A stretch of 64,000 bases of DNA from an uncultured Lachnospiraceae bacterium (GTDB lineage Bacteria; Bacillota; Clostridia; Lachnospirales; Lachnospiraceae), in NCBI GenBank assembly GCA_950087855.1, contig CATNAD010000005.1:7816-71815 (forward strand). The letters are read 5' to 3'. Under the pieces are notes generated by a model. That model was not told the origin of the DNA, did no database searches, and saw only the letters and a program-made list of their open reading frames with translations. A program made the translations under genes and the position numbers. Position 1 is the first letter of the stretch, and each line of letters starts with the position of its first letter. Shown piece after piece: positions 55,264-63,972 of the stretch.

Positions 55264-55530
55264 ATGAAAGAAAATAAAATGGACAAGGCATTGTTGAATG
55301 TGAAGGAAGTATGTGCTTATCTGGGGATAGGAGAATCCAAGGCCAGGGAACTTCTGACGAAAACAGATAATCATTTTACGGTAAGAATCGGAGGTCGTGT
55401 ATATGCGAATAAGATTCAACTGGATAAATGGATTGCCAGAAACAGTGGCAACAAAGTGGAGAAGCGTCGGCCGATTCGGAAAAGAGTGAAAAAAGAAGAG
55501 CCGGACATGGGAATGCAGATGATGATGTAA
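55264..55530 (+). CDS. Excisionase-family HTH protein
   Basis: LLNVKEVCAYLGIGESKARELL...GGRVYANKIQLDKWI is a MerR/excisionase-type HTH. The gene is directly upstream of the integrase. Confidence 0.7.
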   Translation: MKENKMDKALLNVKEVCAYLGIGESKARELLTKTDNHFTVRIGGRVYANKIQLDKWIARNSGNKVEKRRPIRKRVKKEEPDMGMQMMM

Positions 55531-55575
55531 TCTATCATGTAATTTTCTGAGTGGAATAGGAGAAAAGAGGAGCTA

Positions 55576-56850
55576 ATGGGAAAAGATCTAAAAGGAAGAG
55601 AATTGGGGAAAGGTCTGTATCAACGGAAGGACGGGCGGTATGAGGCAAGGACAAAGATTGGCGGGAGCGATGTCAGCATTTATGGGTTTAACCTGCGGGA
55701 ACTGAAAAGAGAATTTCAGGCGTTGAAGGAACAGACGGAAAATCAGATGGATTTTAGACGGAAACATTTGACCCTCGATGAGTGGTTTGAGGAATGGTTC
55801 CAGACTTATAAGCTCCCTGTAGTTAAAGAAACCAGCGTTTATCCCATGAAAAACAAATATTATGGCTCTTTTGGAAAATATTTGGGCGAGATGAAATTGT
55901 GTGAGATTACCAACATTGATATTCAGGATGTTATTAATCAGATGAAGCGTGAAGGCCGGGCGGTCTCCTCTATGAGGGAGGCACTGGGGCGAATGAGGGA
56001 ATGTATGGAATCCGCCAGGAATAACCTGATTATTCCCATGAATCCCTGTTTTGAGATTAGCGTCCCGTGGGAGAACCACCAGGTGACCCGCCGTTTCTTA
56101 TCCAAAGAGGAACAAAACAAATTTCTGCAGGCCGTAGAGCATAACTGGTATAAAGAAATGTTTTATATCATGTTTTTGACCGGAATGCGGGTCGGAGAGG
56201 TGGGGGGACTGATGTGGAAGGACATTGATTTCGATGAAAAATGTTTCCACATCAGTCGTTCCCTTTCCTGCCAGTATGAATACGGAAAAAAGATGCTGCG
56301 GCTCTTAAGCCCTAAAACCCACAATTCCTACAGGAAGATTCCATTTTTCGGGGAAGCAGAGGAAATGCTCCTGCAGCAAAAAGAAAAAGTTGCCAGTCTG
56401 AAAAAGGCCCTGGGGAATCGCTGGCGTGCAACAGGAGAATATGAGGGTCTGGTGTTTGTCACCACCATGGGCAGTCCGGTACTCCGCTATCATGCGGAAA
56501 AAGAAATCAAAAAAGTAGTAAAAGAGATCAACGAACAGGAAGCCTTCGAGTCCGTACAGGAGCAGCGGGAGCCCCATTATTTTGAGGACATGTATCCCCA
56601 TGCGATTCGCCACACCTTCTGCAGCCGCTGCTTTGAGGCCGATATGCAGCCCAAAGTGGTACAAAGTATCATGGGCCACCAGCATTACAGCACCACCATC
56701 GATATTTATACCCATGTATCGGAATTCAAGTACCAGGAAGAAGTCGGGAAGTTTGGGAGAGCAATGGAGCCTGGAGAGCCGGAGGAAGCCAATGAGGGAG
56801 AAGTGATGGCAGAGGAAGAGGCTGGAGGGATGGGACAGATATTGGGATAA
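55576..56850 (+). CDS. int: Tyrosine site-specific integrase (Tn916-Int-like, with N-terminal arm-binding-type domain)
   Basis: N-terminus KGLYQRKDGRYEARTKIGG. The catalytic residues appear in GMRVGEV (R), HAIRHTF (H-x-x-R) and GHQHYSTTIDIYTHV (H...Y). Confidence 0.9.
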   Translation: MGKDLKGRELGKGLYQRKDGRYEARTKIGGSDVSIYGFNLRELKREFQALKEQTENQMDFRRKHLTLDEWFEEWFQTYKLPVVKETSVYPMKNKYYGSFGKYLGEMKLCEITNIDIQDVINQMKREGRAVSSMREALGRMRECMESARNNLIIPMNPCFEISVPWENHQVTRRFLSKEEQNKFLQAVEHNWYKEMFYIMFLTGMRVGEVGGLMWKDIDFDEKCFHISRSLSCQYEYGKKMLRLLSPKTHNSYRKIPFFGEAEEMLLQQKEKVASLKKALGNRWRATGEYEGLVFVTTMGSPVLRYHAEKEIKKVVKEINEQEAFESVQEQREPHYFEDMYPHAIRHTFCSRCFEADMQPKVVQSIMGHQHYSTTIDIYTHVSEFKYQEEVGKFGRAMEPGEPEEANEGEVMAEEEAGGMGQILG

Positions 56851-56857
56851 TACGATA

Positions 56858-56886
56858 TTGTCTTTTTGTGGAAAATCTCGTATAAT
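56858..56886 (+). promoter_or_regulatory. Candidate sigma-70 promoter for the post-integrase cargo operon
   Basis: TTGTCT (56858-56863), a 17-nt spacer, then TATAAT (56881-56886), just after the int stop. Confidence 0.45.
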
Positions 56887-56909
56887 GTATGATAAGAAAA
56901 ATGTAGAAA

Positions 56910-57152
56910 ATGAAAGAATTTTTATACGATTTTATTGAAGGCGACTTTTCCGTGGCGACATCGAGTATTTTTGTCAACATGAAAATTACTGATCCTGAAA
57001 AGATAGAAGCATTTGTTGAGGCATTAGAGGCGTCAGCAAGAGAGCCGAGAAGAGTACCCACCGGGCCTATGAGTCCTGTAGTGACGGATGTAGAAGAGAT
57101 ACGAAAGCTTATGGCAGGAAAGCTGAAAGGTGGCGGAATTGATAATTGTTGA
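56910..57152 (+). CDS. Small hypothetical protein
   Basis: 80-aa ORF downstream of the candidate promoter. No motif recognised and no strong RBS. Confidence 0.4.
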   Translation: MKEFLYDFIEGDFSVATSSIFVNMKITDPEKIEAFVEALEASAREPRRVPTGPMSPVVTDVEEIRKLMAGKLKGGGIDNC

Positions 57153-57210
57153 AATTTTTAGCATATAGTTCGTCGTTGTCCATATATAAGAAAGATGGAG
57201 GAGGTCGGAG

Positions 57211-58704
57211 ATGTACAAAAGTGAGATTAGGCCATCACAAATTAAAAAATTATCCGAAAAAGTGAGAAGGTTAAATTATGAAAAATATTTATATAGAGTT
57301 AACCTGATTAAATGTAGAGCCTTTGAAGAGAAGGTGATTGAATTAGATTTTCCTGTTACGGCACTGATTGGACCTAACGGGGGAGGAAAAACGACCATTT
57401 TAGGTGCATGTGCATTACTATATGACTCAGTTGCACCAAGACAGTTTTTTACAAGAAATAAGCAATTAGATGAGGAAATGAGAAATTGGTCTATTACTTA
57501 TGATGCAATTGATAGAAGCAAAAGCAAGATGGCCCCAATTAAGAGGACAGCGTCATTTTCAAAAGAAAAATGGTATCGGGATGCGATAAAACGTGAAGTG
57601 CTTTTTTTTGGAGTATCAAGAACATTGCCTGCTGTTGAACGTAGAGATTTGTCAAGATTTACAAATAAAAATGTTGTTTTTGAGCCTACTAACATTAAAG
57701 TGTTAGGAGCTGATACGGCAAGATATATTTCTTGGATTTTAGGGAAAGATGTCAGTGCATATTCTATAGTTCAATCTGATGATTATGGAAATATAACGTT
57801 GTTGTCTGGCAGAACAAAGACAGGAAAAAGCTATTCGGAATTCCATTTTGGTGCAGGAGAGTCTAGCGTTATAAAGATGGTAATGAAGATTGAAGGAATA
57901 TCTGCACAGGGATTGATACTGATAGAAGAAATAGAGAATGGGTTACATCCGTTGGCAATATTACGATTGGTTGACTATTTAATAGATGTAGCTGACAGGA
58001 AAAGTATACAGGTGGTGTTTACAACGCATTCGGAATACGCAATTACACCATTACCGGCAGAGGCTGTTTGGGCGGCATTAGATGGTACAGCTATACAGGG
58101 AAAATTGGATATCCATTCTCTTAGAAGTTTAACAGGTGAAATTAATTCTAAATTAGTAGTGTATGTAGAGGATGATTTTGCAAAAGAATGGGTAGAAACT
58201 ATTTTTCGTTCAGACGAATTGATTGCCAGTGATGCAATAGAAGTGTATGCAATGGGGGGAGATGGAACAGCTGTTACTGCTAATAAATATCATAATTTGG
58301 ATCCCAGCAGTCAAGTAAAATCAATATGTATTCTTGATGGAGATTCCAGACAAATAGATAATGTGGAGGAAAATATATTTAGACTTCCAGGAGAAGCACC
58401 GGAATTGTGGGTGTTTAACCAAATTGTTGATAAATTAGAAGAGTGTTCTGGAATTTTAGCGGTTAGATTTATGAGGAAATTTTCAGAGGCAGAATTAATC
58501 AAAAAAATAATCCAAGACGTAAATAACACAAATCATGATCATCATTTATTATTTAACCAAATAGGCGAAAAAGTAGGATTTATCAATGAGAGTATTATAA
58601 GAGGTGCATTTCTATCGACTTGGTGTGAACAATATACTGAAGAGGTGCAATGTTTTATTGATAAAATTCAAGATATTCTCCCTAGAGTTGATGAAAGGAA
58701 ATAA
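57211..58704 (+). CDS. ABC-type (AAA_15/AAA_21-like) ATPase fused to a TOPRIM/DUF4435-like domain (OLD / fused-PARIS-like)
   Basis: Walker A GPNGGGKTT (54-62), signature-like FGAGESS, Walker B LILIEEIENGLHP and H-loop FTTHSE. The C-terminal half has LVVYVEDDFAKEW (E320) and ICILDGDSR (D376, D378), resembling TOPRIM/DUF4435. GGAGGAGG RBS. AT-rich. Confidence 0.8.
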   Translation: MYKSEIRPSQIKKLSEKVRRLNYEKYLYRVNLIKCRAFEEKVIELDFPVTALIGPNGGGKTTILGACALLYDSVAPRQFFTRNKQLDEEMRNWSITYDAIDRSKSKMAPIKRTASFSKEKWYRDAIKREVLFFGVSRTLPAVERRDLSRFTNKNVVFEPTNIKVLGADTARYISWILGKDVSAYSIVQSDDYGNITLLSGRTKTGKSYSEFHFGAGESSVIKMVMKIEGISAQGLILIEEIENGLHPLAILRLVDYLIDVADRKSIQVVFTTHSEYAITPLPAEAVWAALDGTAIQGKLDIHSLRSLTGEINSKLVVYVEDDFAKEWVETIFRSDELIASDAIEVYAMGGDGTAVTANKYHNLDPSSQVKSICILDGDSRQIDNVEENIFRLPGEAPELWVFNQIVDKLEECSGILAVRFMRKFSEAELIKKIIQDVNNTNHDHHLLFNQIGEKVGFINESIIRGAFLSTWCEQYTEEVQCFIDKIQDILPRVDERK

Positions 58705-58800
58705 TTGTAGAATTTTGGTGAAAATTAAATGCAAAGTGTCGGGAAGAGGGAGCTATAAAGTTTTTAATTTTTTGATACTGAGATATAGGAAATAAATCAT

Positions 58801-59742
58801 ATGAGCTTTGTATTTGCTATAAATGATGGTGAATTTTTGGTAGTATCTGACACAAAAATTGGAATAAACGAGAATCTCAGCCGGTTATGGAAGGATGAAA
58901 CTTCTAAAAATTTAATTAAACAGCTGGGAATGATAAAAAGTATAATTGTTTCTCCGCATATTGTCATCTCTTATGCGGGGAATAATATTGATAAAGCAGC
59001 TTTCTTGTTAAATGAGGTAAAAATAAAGAGTTATGACCTGGAAAAGATAATAAAAACTGCATTTGATATTCAGAGTTGTGCTCAGCCTGACGATATAGAA
59101 TTTATTATTGCTTATTATGAAGGCAGAGACCATAATGAACTGATTTCTATTAAAAATAAAGAGATTATCCGTAATTGTAAGAGAGCATGGCTTGGTTCGC
59201 ATGACGCATATAAAGAATTTATGCGTTTAGAACAGAAAATACCAGAAGAAAAATACAAAAATTCGGTAGTAACAGTTATAGACAATTCTACAGGTATGCA
59301 TCAGGAACGAATGGATGAGAAAATAGCATATGTGTACGAATTAGAAAATATTTTTGCTGCTGTTGTAAAGTCTGGAATAGATCCTTCTGTTGGAGGCAGT
59401 ATTGTAAGAGTAAAAATACCGGAGGGTGAAAATCATTTTGAGTATATGGGAGGTATAAGCTGTATATCCGGTGGTTGGTCGCAAGAAATTAAGCCCGGTG
59501 AAAATATTATGTTTTGTCAGGGACGAGAAGCAGGAAGCTTTTGTTGTAATATATATCAGTCTGAACAGGAATTTTGTTGCTATATTTATGAGGACGATTT
59601 AGGCATAGTGTATACAGATGAGGTTTGTTATTCGAGCGGCTTAGAAGGAATGAAATGTCCTAAACTCTATAAGATGGATAAACAAGAATTTGATAAAGTT
59701 GCCGCTGAAAAAGGAGCATACTCGTGTGTTGAGTTATGTTAG
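58801..59742 (+). CDS. Unknown protein; possible Ntn-hydrolase/proteasome-beta-like N-terminal half plus Cys-rich C-terminal region
   Basis: 313 aa. MSFVFAINDGEFLVVSDTKIG...IVISYAGNNIDKAAFLLNEV loosely parallels the HslV/proteasome beta N-terminal strands. The C-terminal 80 aa contain 10 Cys. Same strand as the ATPase and 96 nt downstream of it. Confidence 0.55.
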   Translation: MSFVFAINDGEFLVVSDTKIGINENLSRLWKDETSKNLIKQLGMIKSIIVSPHIVISYAGNNIDKAAFLLNEVKIKSYDLEKIIKTAFDIQSCAQPDDIEFIIAYYEGRDHNELISIKNKEIIRNCKRAWLGSHDAYKEFMRLEQKIPEEKYKNSVVTVIDNSTGMHQERMDEKIAYVYELENIFAAVVKSGIDPSVGGSIVRVKIPEGENHFEYMGGISCISGGWSQEIKPGENIMFCQGREAGSFCCNIYQSEQEFCCYIYEDDLGIVYTDEVCYSSGLEGMKCPKLYKMDKQEFDKVAAEKGAYSCVELC

Positions 59743-59944
59743 AGTTAATTAAATGCAATCTGGAATTTGACGGAGACTTTGGGACTGACAGATGAGTAAG
59801 TGATGGGGGCGTTGAAGATGCTGAAGACAGATGTAAATAATATATAGCAGTCTAAGAAAGAAAGTACAAGATTATCTCGTAACGAAATAGCGAGAAGCGT
59901 ATATAAAGATTTGAAGAGATAACAATTGAAAGGAAAAGAAGCCG

Positions 59945-61153
59945 ATGCAAAAGAAAAGGAATAGCTCTCCAATTGTTGTAAGCTCACATAATGTGCATTT
60001 GGATTCTGATTATGTACAATGGATCTATGATATTAAGGAACGTTTCCGAAATACACAGATAAAGGCGGCTATAAAAGTAAATTCGGAACAGCTTTTGTTT
60101 AACTGGCAGTTGGGGCGAGATCTTGCCGTGCGTAAGGTGGAAGAAAAATGGGGAAATGGTATCGTTGAGCAGCTGAGCCTTGACCTAAGAAATGAATTTC
60201 CAGATACAAAGGGTTTTAGTACCACGAATCTTTGGTACATGAAAAAGTGGTATATGTTCTATGCGAATGATGTAGAAAAACTTCAACAGCTTGTTGGAAA
60301 AATGGAAGTACAGATTTCGACGCTGCAGCTAAGAATGGAGCAAATTGGAAAAAATATGAGTGAAGAAAAACTCCAACGGGTTATTGGAGAATTTTCATTT
60401 CCCCCTTTCTTTTCGTATGTTCCATGGGGACATCATATTGATATTATTACAAAGTGTGATTCTATAGAAGAGGCACTATTTTATATATACAGAACGATAG
60501 AGGAAGGTTGGAGCAGGAGTACTCTTCAGAATTGTATTAAGTCTGGGCTATACAGAAGAACTGGGACCGCCATTACAAACTTCAGTGAAAAATTGCCTGC
60601 TATTCAGGGAAAACTGGCGCAAGAAATTACAAAGGATACTTATGATCTGAGCTTTATTACTTTGCCGGCAGATTACGATGAAGCAGCATTAGAAGCGGCT
60701 TTGGAGCAGAATATTACCAGATTTTTGTTGGAACTTGGAACTGGATTTGCATTTGTTGGGAGACAGAAGGAAATCGTGGTTTCAGGAAAAACCCGTAAGA
60801 TCGATATGTTGTTTTATCATATCCGCCTTAAGTGTTATGTAGTGGTTGAACTGAAAGCAGTTTCTTTTGAGCCGGAATTTGCTGGAAAACTGAATTTTTA
60901 TGTAAATGCGGTGAATGATCTTATTCGGACTCCAGATGAAAATCCTACAATCGGATTGCTGATCTGCAAAGATAAGGATCAGACCGAAGTACAGTGGGCA
61001 TTTCAGGGAATCCAGACGCCTATGGGTGTTGCCTCTTATGATAATATTAAATTGGAGGAAATTAAAAAGCAGTTGCCTTCTGAGAAAGAAATTCAGCGGC
61101 GGATTGAATTAGCAGAAGAAGAATTTAATTTGAACAGGCTGAAGAAAAAATAA
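59945..61153 (+). CDS. DUF1016 / YhcG-family PDDEXK nuclease-fold protein
   Basis: The N-terminus YVQWIYDIKERFRNTQIKAAIKVNSEQLLFNWQLGRDL...GFSTTNLWYMKKWY is typical of DUF1016. The PD-(D/E)xK core lies in KIDMLFYH...YVVVELK. Confidence 0.85.
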   Translation: MQKKRNSSPIVVSSHNVHLDSDYVQWIYDIKERFRNTQIKAAIKVNSEQLLFNWQLGRDLAVRKVEEKWGNGIVEQLSLDLRNEFPDTKGFSTTNLWYMKKWYMFYANDVEKLQQLVGKMEVQISTLQLRMEQIGKNMSEEKLQRVIGEFSFPPFFSYVPWGHHIDIITKCDSIEEALFYIYRTIEEGWSRSTLQNCIKSGLYRRTGTAITNFSEKLPAIQGKLAQEITKDTYDLSFITLPADYDEAALEAALEQNITRFLLELGTGFAFVGRQKEIVVSGKTRKIDMLFYHIRLKCYVVVELKAVSFEPEFAGKLNFYVNAVNDLIRTPDENPTIGLLICKDKDQTEVQWAFQGIQTPMGVASYDNIKLEEIKKQLPSEKEIQRRIELAEEEFNLNRLKKK

Positions 61154-61164
61154 GGAAATACCAT

Positions 61165-61265
61165 TTTACCAACTCCCCAAACCGTTTTACCAATTTTAAA
61201 AATCGCCTGTTTTGAGGAAAAAAACAAAAGGCGAAAAATCTTTACCAACCAAAAACTGGTAAACG
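61165..61265. repeat. Right-end cluster of TTTTACCAA motifs, inverted relative to the left cluster
   Basis: TTTTACCAACT (61165-61175), AAACCGTTTTACCAATTTT (61179-61197), TTTACCAACC (61241-61250) and the inverted CTGGTAAACG (61256-61265). The reverse complement of 61179-61197 equals 15683-15702 except for one extra A. Confidence 0.5.
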
Positions 61266-61446
61266 AAAAACAGGACACCCCTCACCTCCGCATAAATCCG
61301 ACACTTTCCGGAAAAGTTCGCAAAGCAGATGATCAGTAGAAATTTGTCGAAATTAGGCGAATAGAGATAAGAAAAACCCTTGTGGATGGTGCGAAAATGC
61401 CATTTACAGGGGTTTTGATGTTAGAAACCGCATTCTATAACTTCAG

Positions 61447-62300
61447 GTGGATTTGTGTAATGTTTTTGGAGATGATTTGGGAAAAACAAACTACCAAAAA
61501 GGAGTGTGGGAGGACCGAAAGCTGGGAGATACCTTAAAAGAATCGGTGATCCAGGTCATTTACGGGGAGGCGCTGCGTTCCGCAAAGCCTGTGTTCTGCA
61601 TTGTGGATGATACGATTTCTTTCCGGACTGGGCATCAGTCGGTGTCTGTGATGCTTTCCTGTAACGGGATTGTCCTGAATTACGCCGTGATCCTGTACAA
61701 TAAATCCGTCTGGATGCTGCGCAAACGAAATCCAAGATAAAGATCGTACAGGACATTGTAGAGGAGCTCCTGATCCTGCCTGTTAATTCCTATTTTCTGC
61801 GTGATAGTTGGTATACCTCCGCAGCACTCATGGATGCCTTTGTCAAAAAAGGCTTTGATACCATTGGAGCCATTCGGACAAACCGCATCCTCTATCCCCA
61901 AGGTTTCCGGCAAAAGATCCGGGAGACTGCCCTCCTTTTACAGAAAACAAAGGCTGCTTTCCACCTCGTGATTGTCGGAAGCAGGAGTTATTATGTGTAT
62001 CGGTATGAAGGGAATCTCCATGGGGTGGAGAATTCCGTGGTCCTGATTAGTTATCCTAAAGAGGCATTCCATGATCCGAAGGCCCTTCGTGCCTTTATCA
62101 GCACGGATGTTTCCCTAGGCACGGATGAAATCCTGAACAAATATCTGGAACGGCGGCCGATCAAGATCTTTTTTCGGCAGAGTAAGGACCGTCTGGCATT
62201 CGACCGGTATCAGATCCGTTCCTCCAAAGGGATCCAGAGATTAATCCGGGCCTTTATTTTGAAACCACATGTAAAAACAGCAAAAATGAATCTGCCGCTC
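61447..62300 (+). pseudogene. Decayed DDE transposase (IS701/IS4-like) remnant
   Basis: The reading frame is split near 61740. DDE-type segments are present: FCIVDDTISF, and RDSWYTSAALMDAF (partly read in-frame upstream of the 61830 ORF). The third motif reads YLERRPIKIFFRQSK where W and E are expected (RWxIExFF), so it looks degenerate. Confidence 0.6.
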
Positions 62301-62381
62301 CACGAAATTTCATTCATTAAAGCGACAACCCCATTTGCCGGTTTTTTGCCCTTGTTTTCGGCTTTTTGGTACATTTTGCAG

Positions 62382-62410
62382 TTGCGTTATCCATACCGTT
62401 ATATTATAAT
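62382..62410 (+). promoter_or_regulatory. Candidate sigma-70 promoter of purF
   Basis: TTGCGT (62382-62387), a 17-nt spacer, then TATAAT (62405-62410), about 60 nt upstream of the purF ATG. Confidence 0.4.
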
Positions 62411-62470
62411 TTATTCGTGTTTTGTGGCGGACGGTCTTATTGGAGCAGCTTGAGGGAGAGGATGACGTTT

Positions 62471-63913
62471 ATGAGCGGACAGCCGGAGAAAGAAACAGAG
62501 GAGCTTCATGAGGAATGCGGTGTATTTGGAGCCTATGATCTGGACAGGAACGATGTGGCCCACACCATTTATTACGGCCTTTTGGCTCTCCAACACAGAG
62601 GGCAGGAAAGCTGCGGTATTGCAGTCAGTGATACGGAGGGGCCGAAGGGGCAGGTGAAGACTCACAGAGGGATGGGGCTGGTCAATGAGGTGTTTACGGC
62701 AAGAGAACTGGAGGCCATGGGCCATGGAAACATTGGCGTCGGCCATGTCCGGTATTCGACAGCAGGAGCCAGCACCGGGGAGAACGCGCAGCCCTTGGTG
62801 CTGAACTATATCAAAGGGACTCTTGCCTTGGCCCATAACGGAAATTTGGTGAATACGCCGGAGCTTAAGAGAGAATTGGCCCGTGACGGGGCAATCTTTC
62901 AGACCACCATCGATTCTGAGGTGTTGGCCTATCATATTGCGAGGGCGAGGGTGCGCTGTCCTTCAGTGGAGGAAGCCGTGAGGCTGGCGGTGAAAAAGAT
63001 GAGAGGTGCCTATTCTCTGGTGATCATGAGCCCGAGGAAGCTGATCGGTGTCCGCGATCCCTTTGGTTTCCGTCCACTTTGCATCGGGAGACGGGAGAAT
63101 GCCTATTTCCTGGCCTCCGAATCCTGCGCTTTGGACACGATAGGTGCGGAGTTTGTCCGGGATGTTCGGCCAGGGGAGATTGTCTGCATCACAAGAGAGG
63201 GGATCCGGTCGGATACCAGTCTGTGCGGTTCGGTGCGGAGAGAAGCAAGATGCATATTTGAATATATCTATTTTGCGCGGCCCGACACAAGGCTCGACGG
63301 CATCAGCGTGTATGAAGCCAGGCTGGCGGCCGGGAGGTTTTTAGCCAAGGACCATCCGGTGGAGGCCGATCTGGTGGTGGGTGTTCCGGAGTCGGGCAAT
63401 GTGGCCGCCCAGGGCTATGCGGAAGAGTCCGGTATTCCCTACGGAACCGCATTTGTAAAAAATAGTTATATGGGCCGGACGTTTATCAGGCCCAGTCAGA
63501 AGAATCGGGAGTCCGCCGTGCAGGTCAAGCTCAATGTACTGAAAGAGGCGGTTGCGGGAAAGAGGATTATTATGGTGGATGACTCCCTGGTTCGGGGGAC
63601 CACCTGTGGACGAATTGTGAGGATGCTCCGGGCAGCCGGGGCAGAGGAGGTTCATGTGCGGATTTCTGCACCACCGTTCCTCCATCCCTGTTATTTTGGT
63701 ACGGATATTCCTTCTGAGGATCAGCTTGCCGCCCATGACAGGACCGTGGAGGAAATCAGGAAGGAGATTTCTGCAGACAGCTTGGGTTATCTTAAGCTGG
63801 AACGGCTTTCTGAAATGGTGAATGGGCTTTCCGCCTGTGCCGCCTGTTTTGACGGAAATTATCCCGTGGCTCCTCCGACGGAGGATATCCGCGGAGAGTT
63901 TCTATACCCGTGA
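62471..63913 (+). CDS. purF: Amidophosphoribosyltransferase
   Basis: The CGVFGA N-terminal nucleophile region, LQHRGQESCGIA, the PRPP-binding loop IIMVDDSLVRGTT and a C-terminal Cys cluster. The ATG at 62471 sits about 9 nt after GGGAGAGG. Confidence 0.95.
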   Translation: MSGQPEKETEELHEECGVFGAYDLDRNDVAHTIYYGLLALQHRGQESCGIAVSDTEGPKGQVKTHRGMGLVNEVFTARELEAMGHGNIGVGHVRYSTAGASTGENAQPLVLNYIKGTLALAHNGNLVNTPELKRELARDGAIFQTTIDSEVLAYHIARARVRCPSVEEAVRLAVKKMRGAYSLVIMSPRKLIGVRDPFGFRPLCIGRRENAYFLASESCALDTIGAEFVRDVRPGEIVCITREGIRSDTSLCGSVRREARCIFEYIYFARPDTRLDGISVYEARLAAGRFLAKDHPVEADLVVGVPESGNVAAQGYAEESGIPYGTAFVKNSYMGRTFIRPSQKNRESAVQVKLNVLKEAVAGKRIIMVDDSLVRGTTCGRIVRMLRAAGAEEVHVRISAPPFLHPCYFGTDIPSEDQLAAHDRTVEEIRKEISADSLGYLKLERLSEMVNGLSACAACFDGNYPVAPPTEDIRGEFLYP

Positions 63914-63920
63914 GTATAAA

Positions 63921-63972
63921 ATAAACCACCATATCGGCATTGCAGATACCACCATGAATGAAAGTGGTTTAT
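63921..63972 (+). terminator. Possible purF terminator (long-loop hairpin)
   Basis: ATAAACCAC (63921-63929) / GTGGTTTAT (63964-63972) followed by TTT. The loop is unusually long. Confidence 0.35.

Larger units (their letters stand above)
15620..61300. mobile_element. Integrative conjugative element (Firmicutes-type T4SS, tyrosine integrase) with AT-rich cargo patches; boundaries approximate
   Basis: Contiguous same-strand block of conjugation genes (VirB2/3/4/6-like, CHAP hydrolase, T4CP, relaxase, primase), xis and int. It begins right after the tsf terminator. Inverted clusters of a GGTAAAA/TTTTACC motif lie at both ends (15661-15709 and 61165-61265). Confidence 0.6.
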
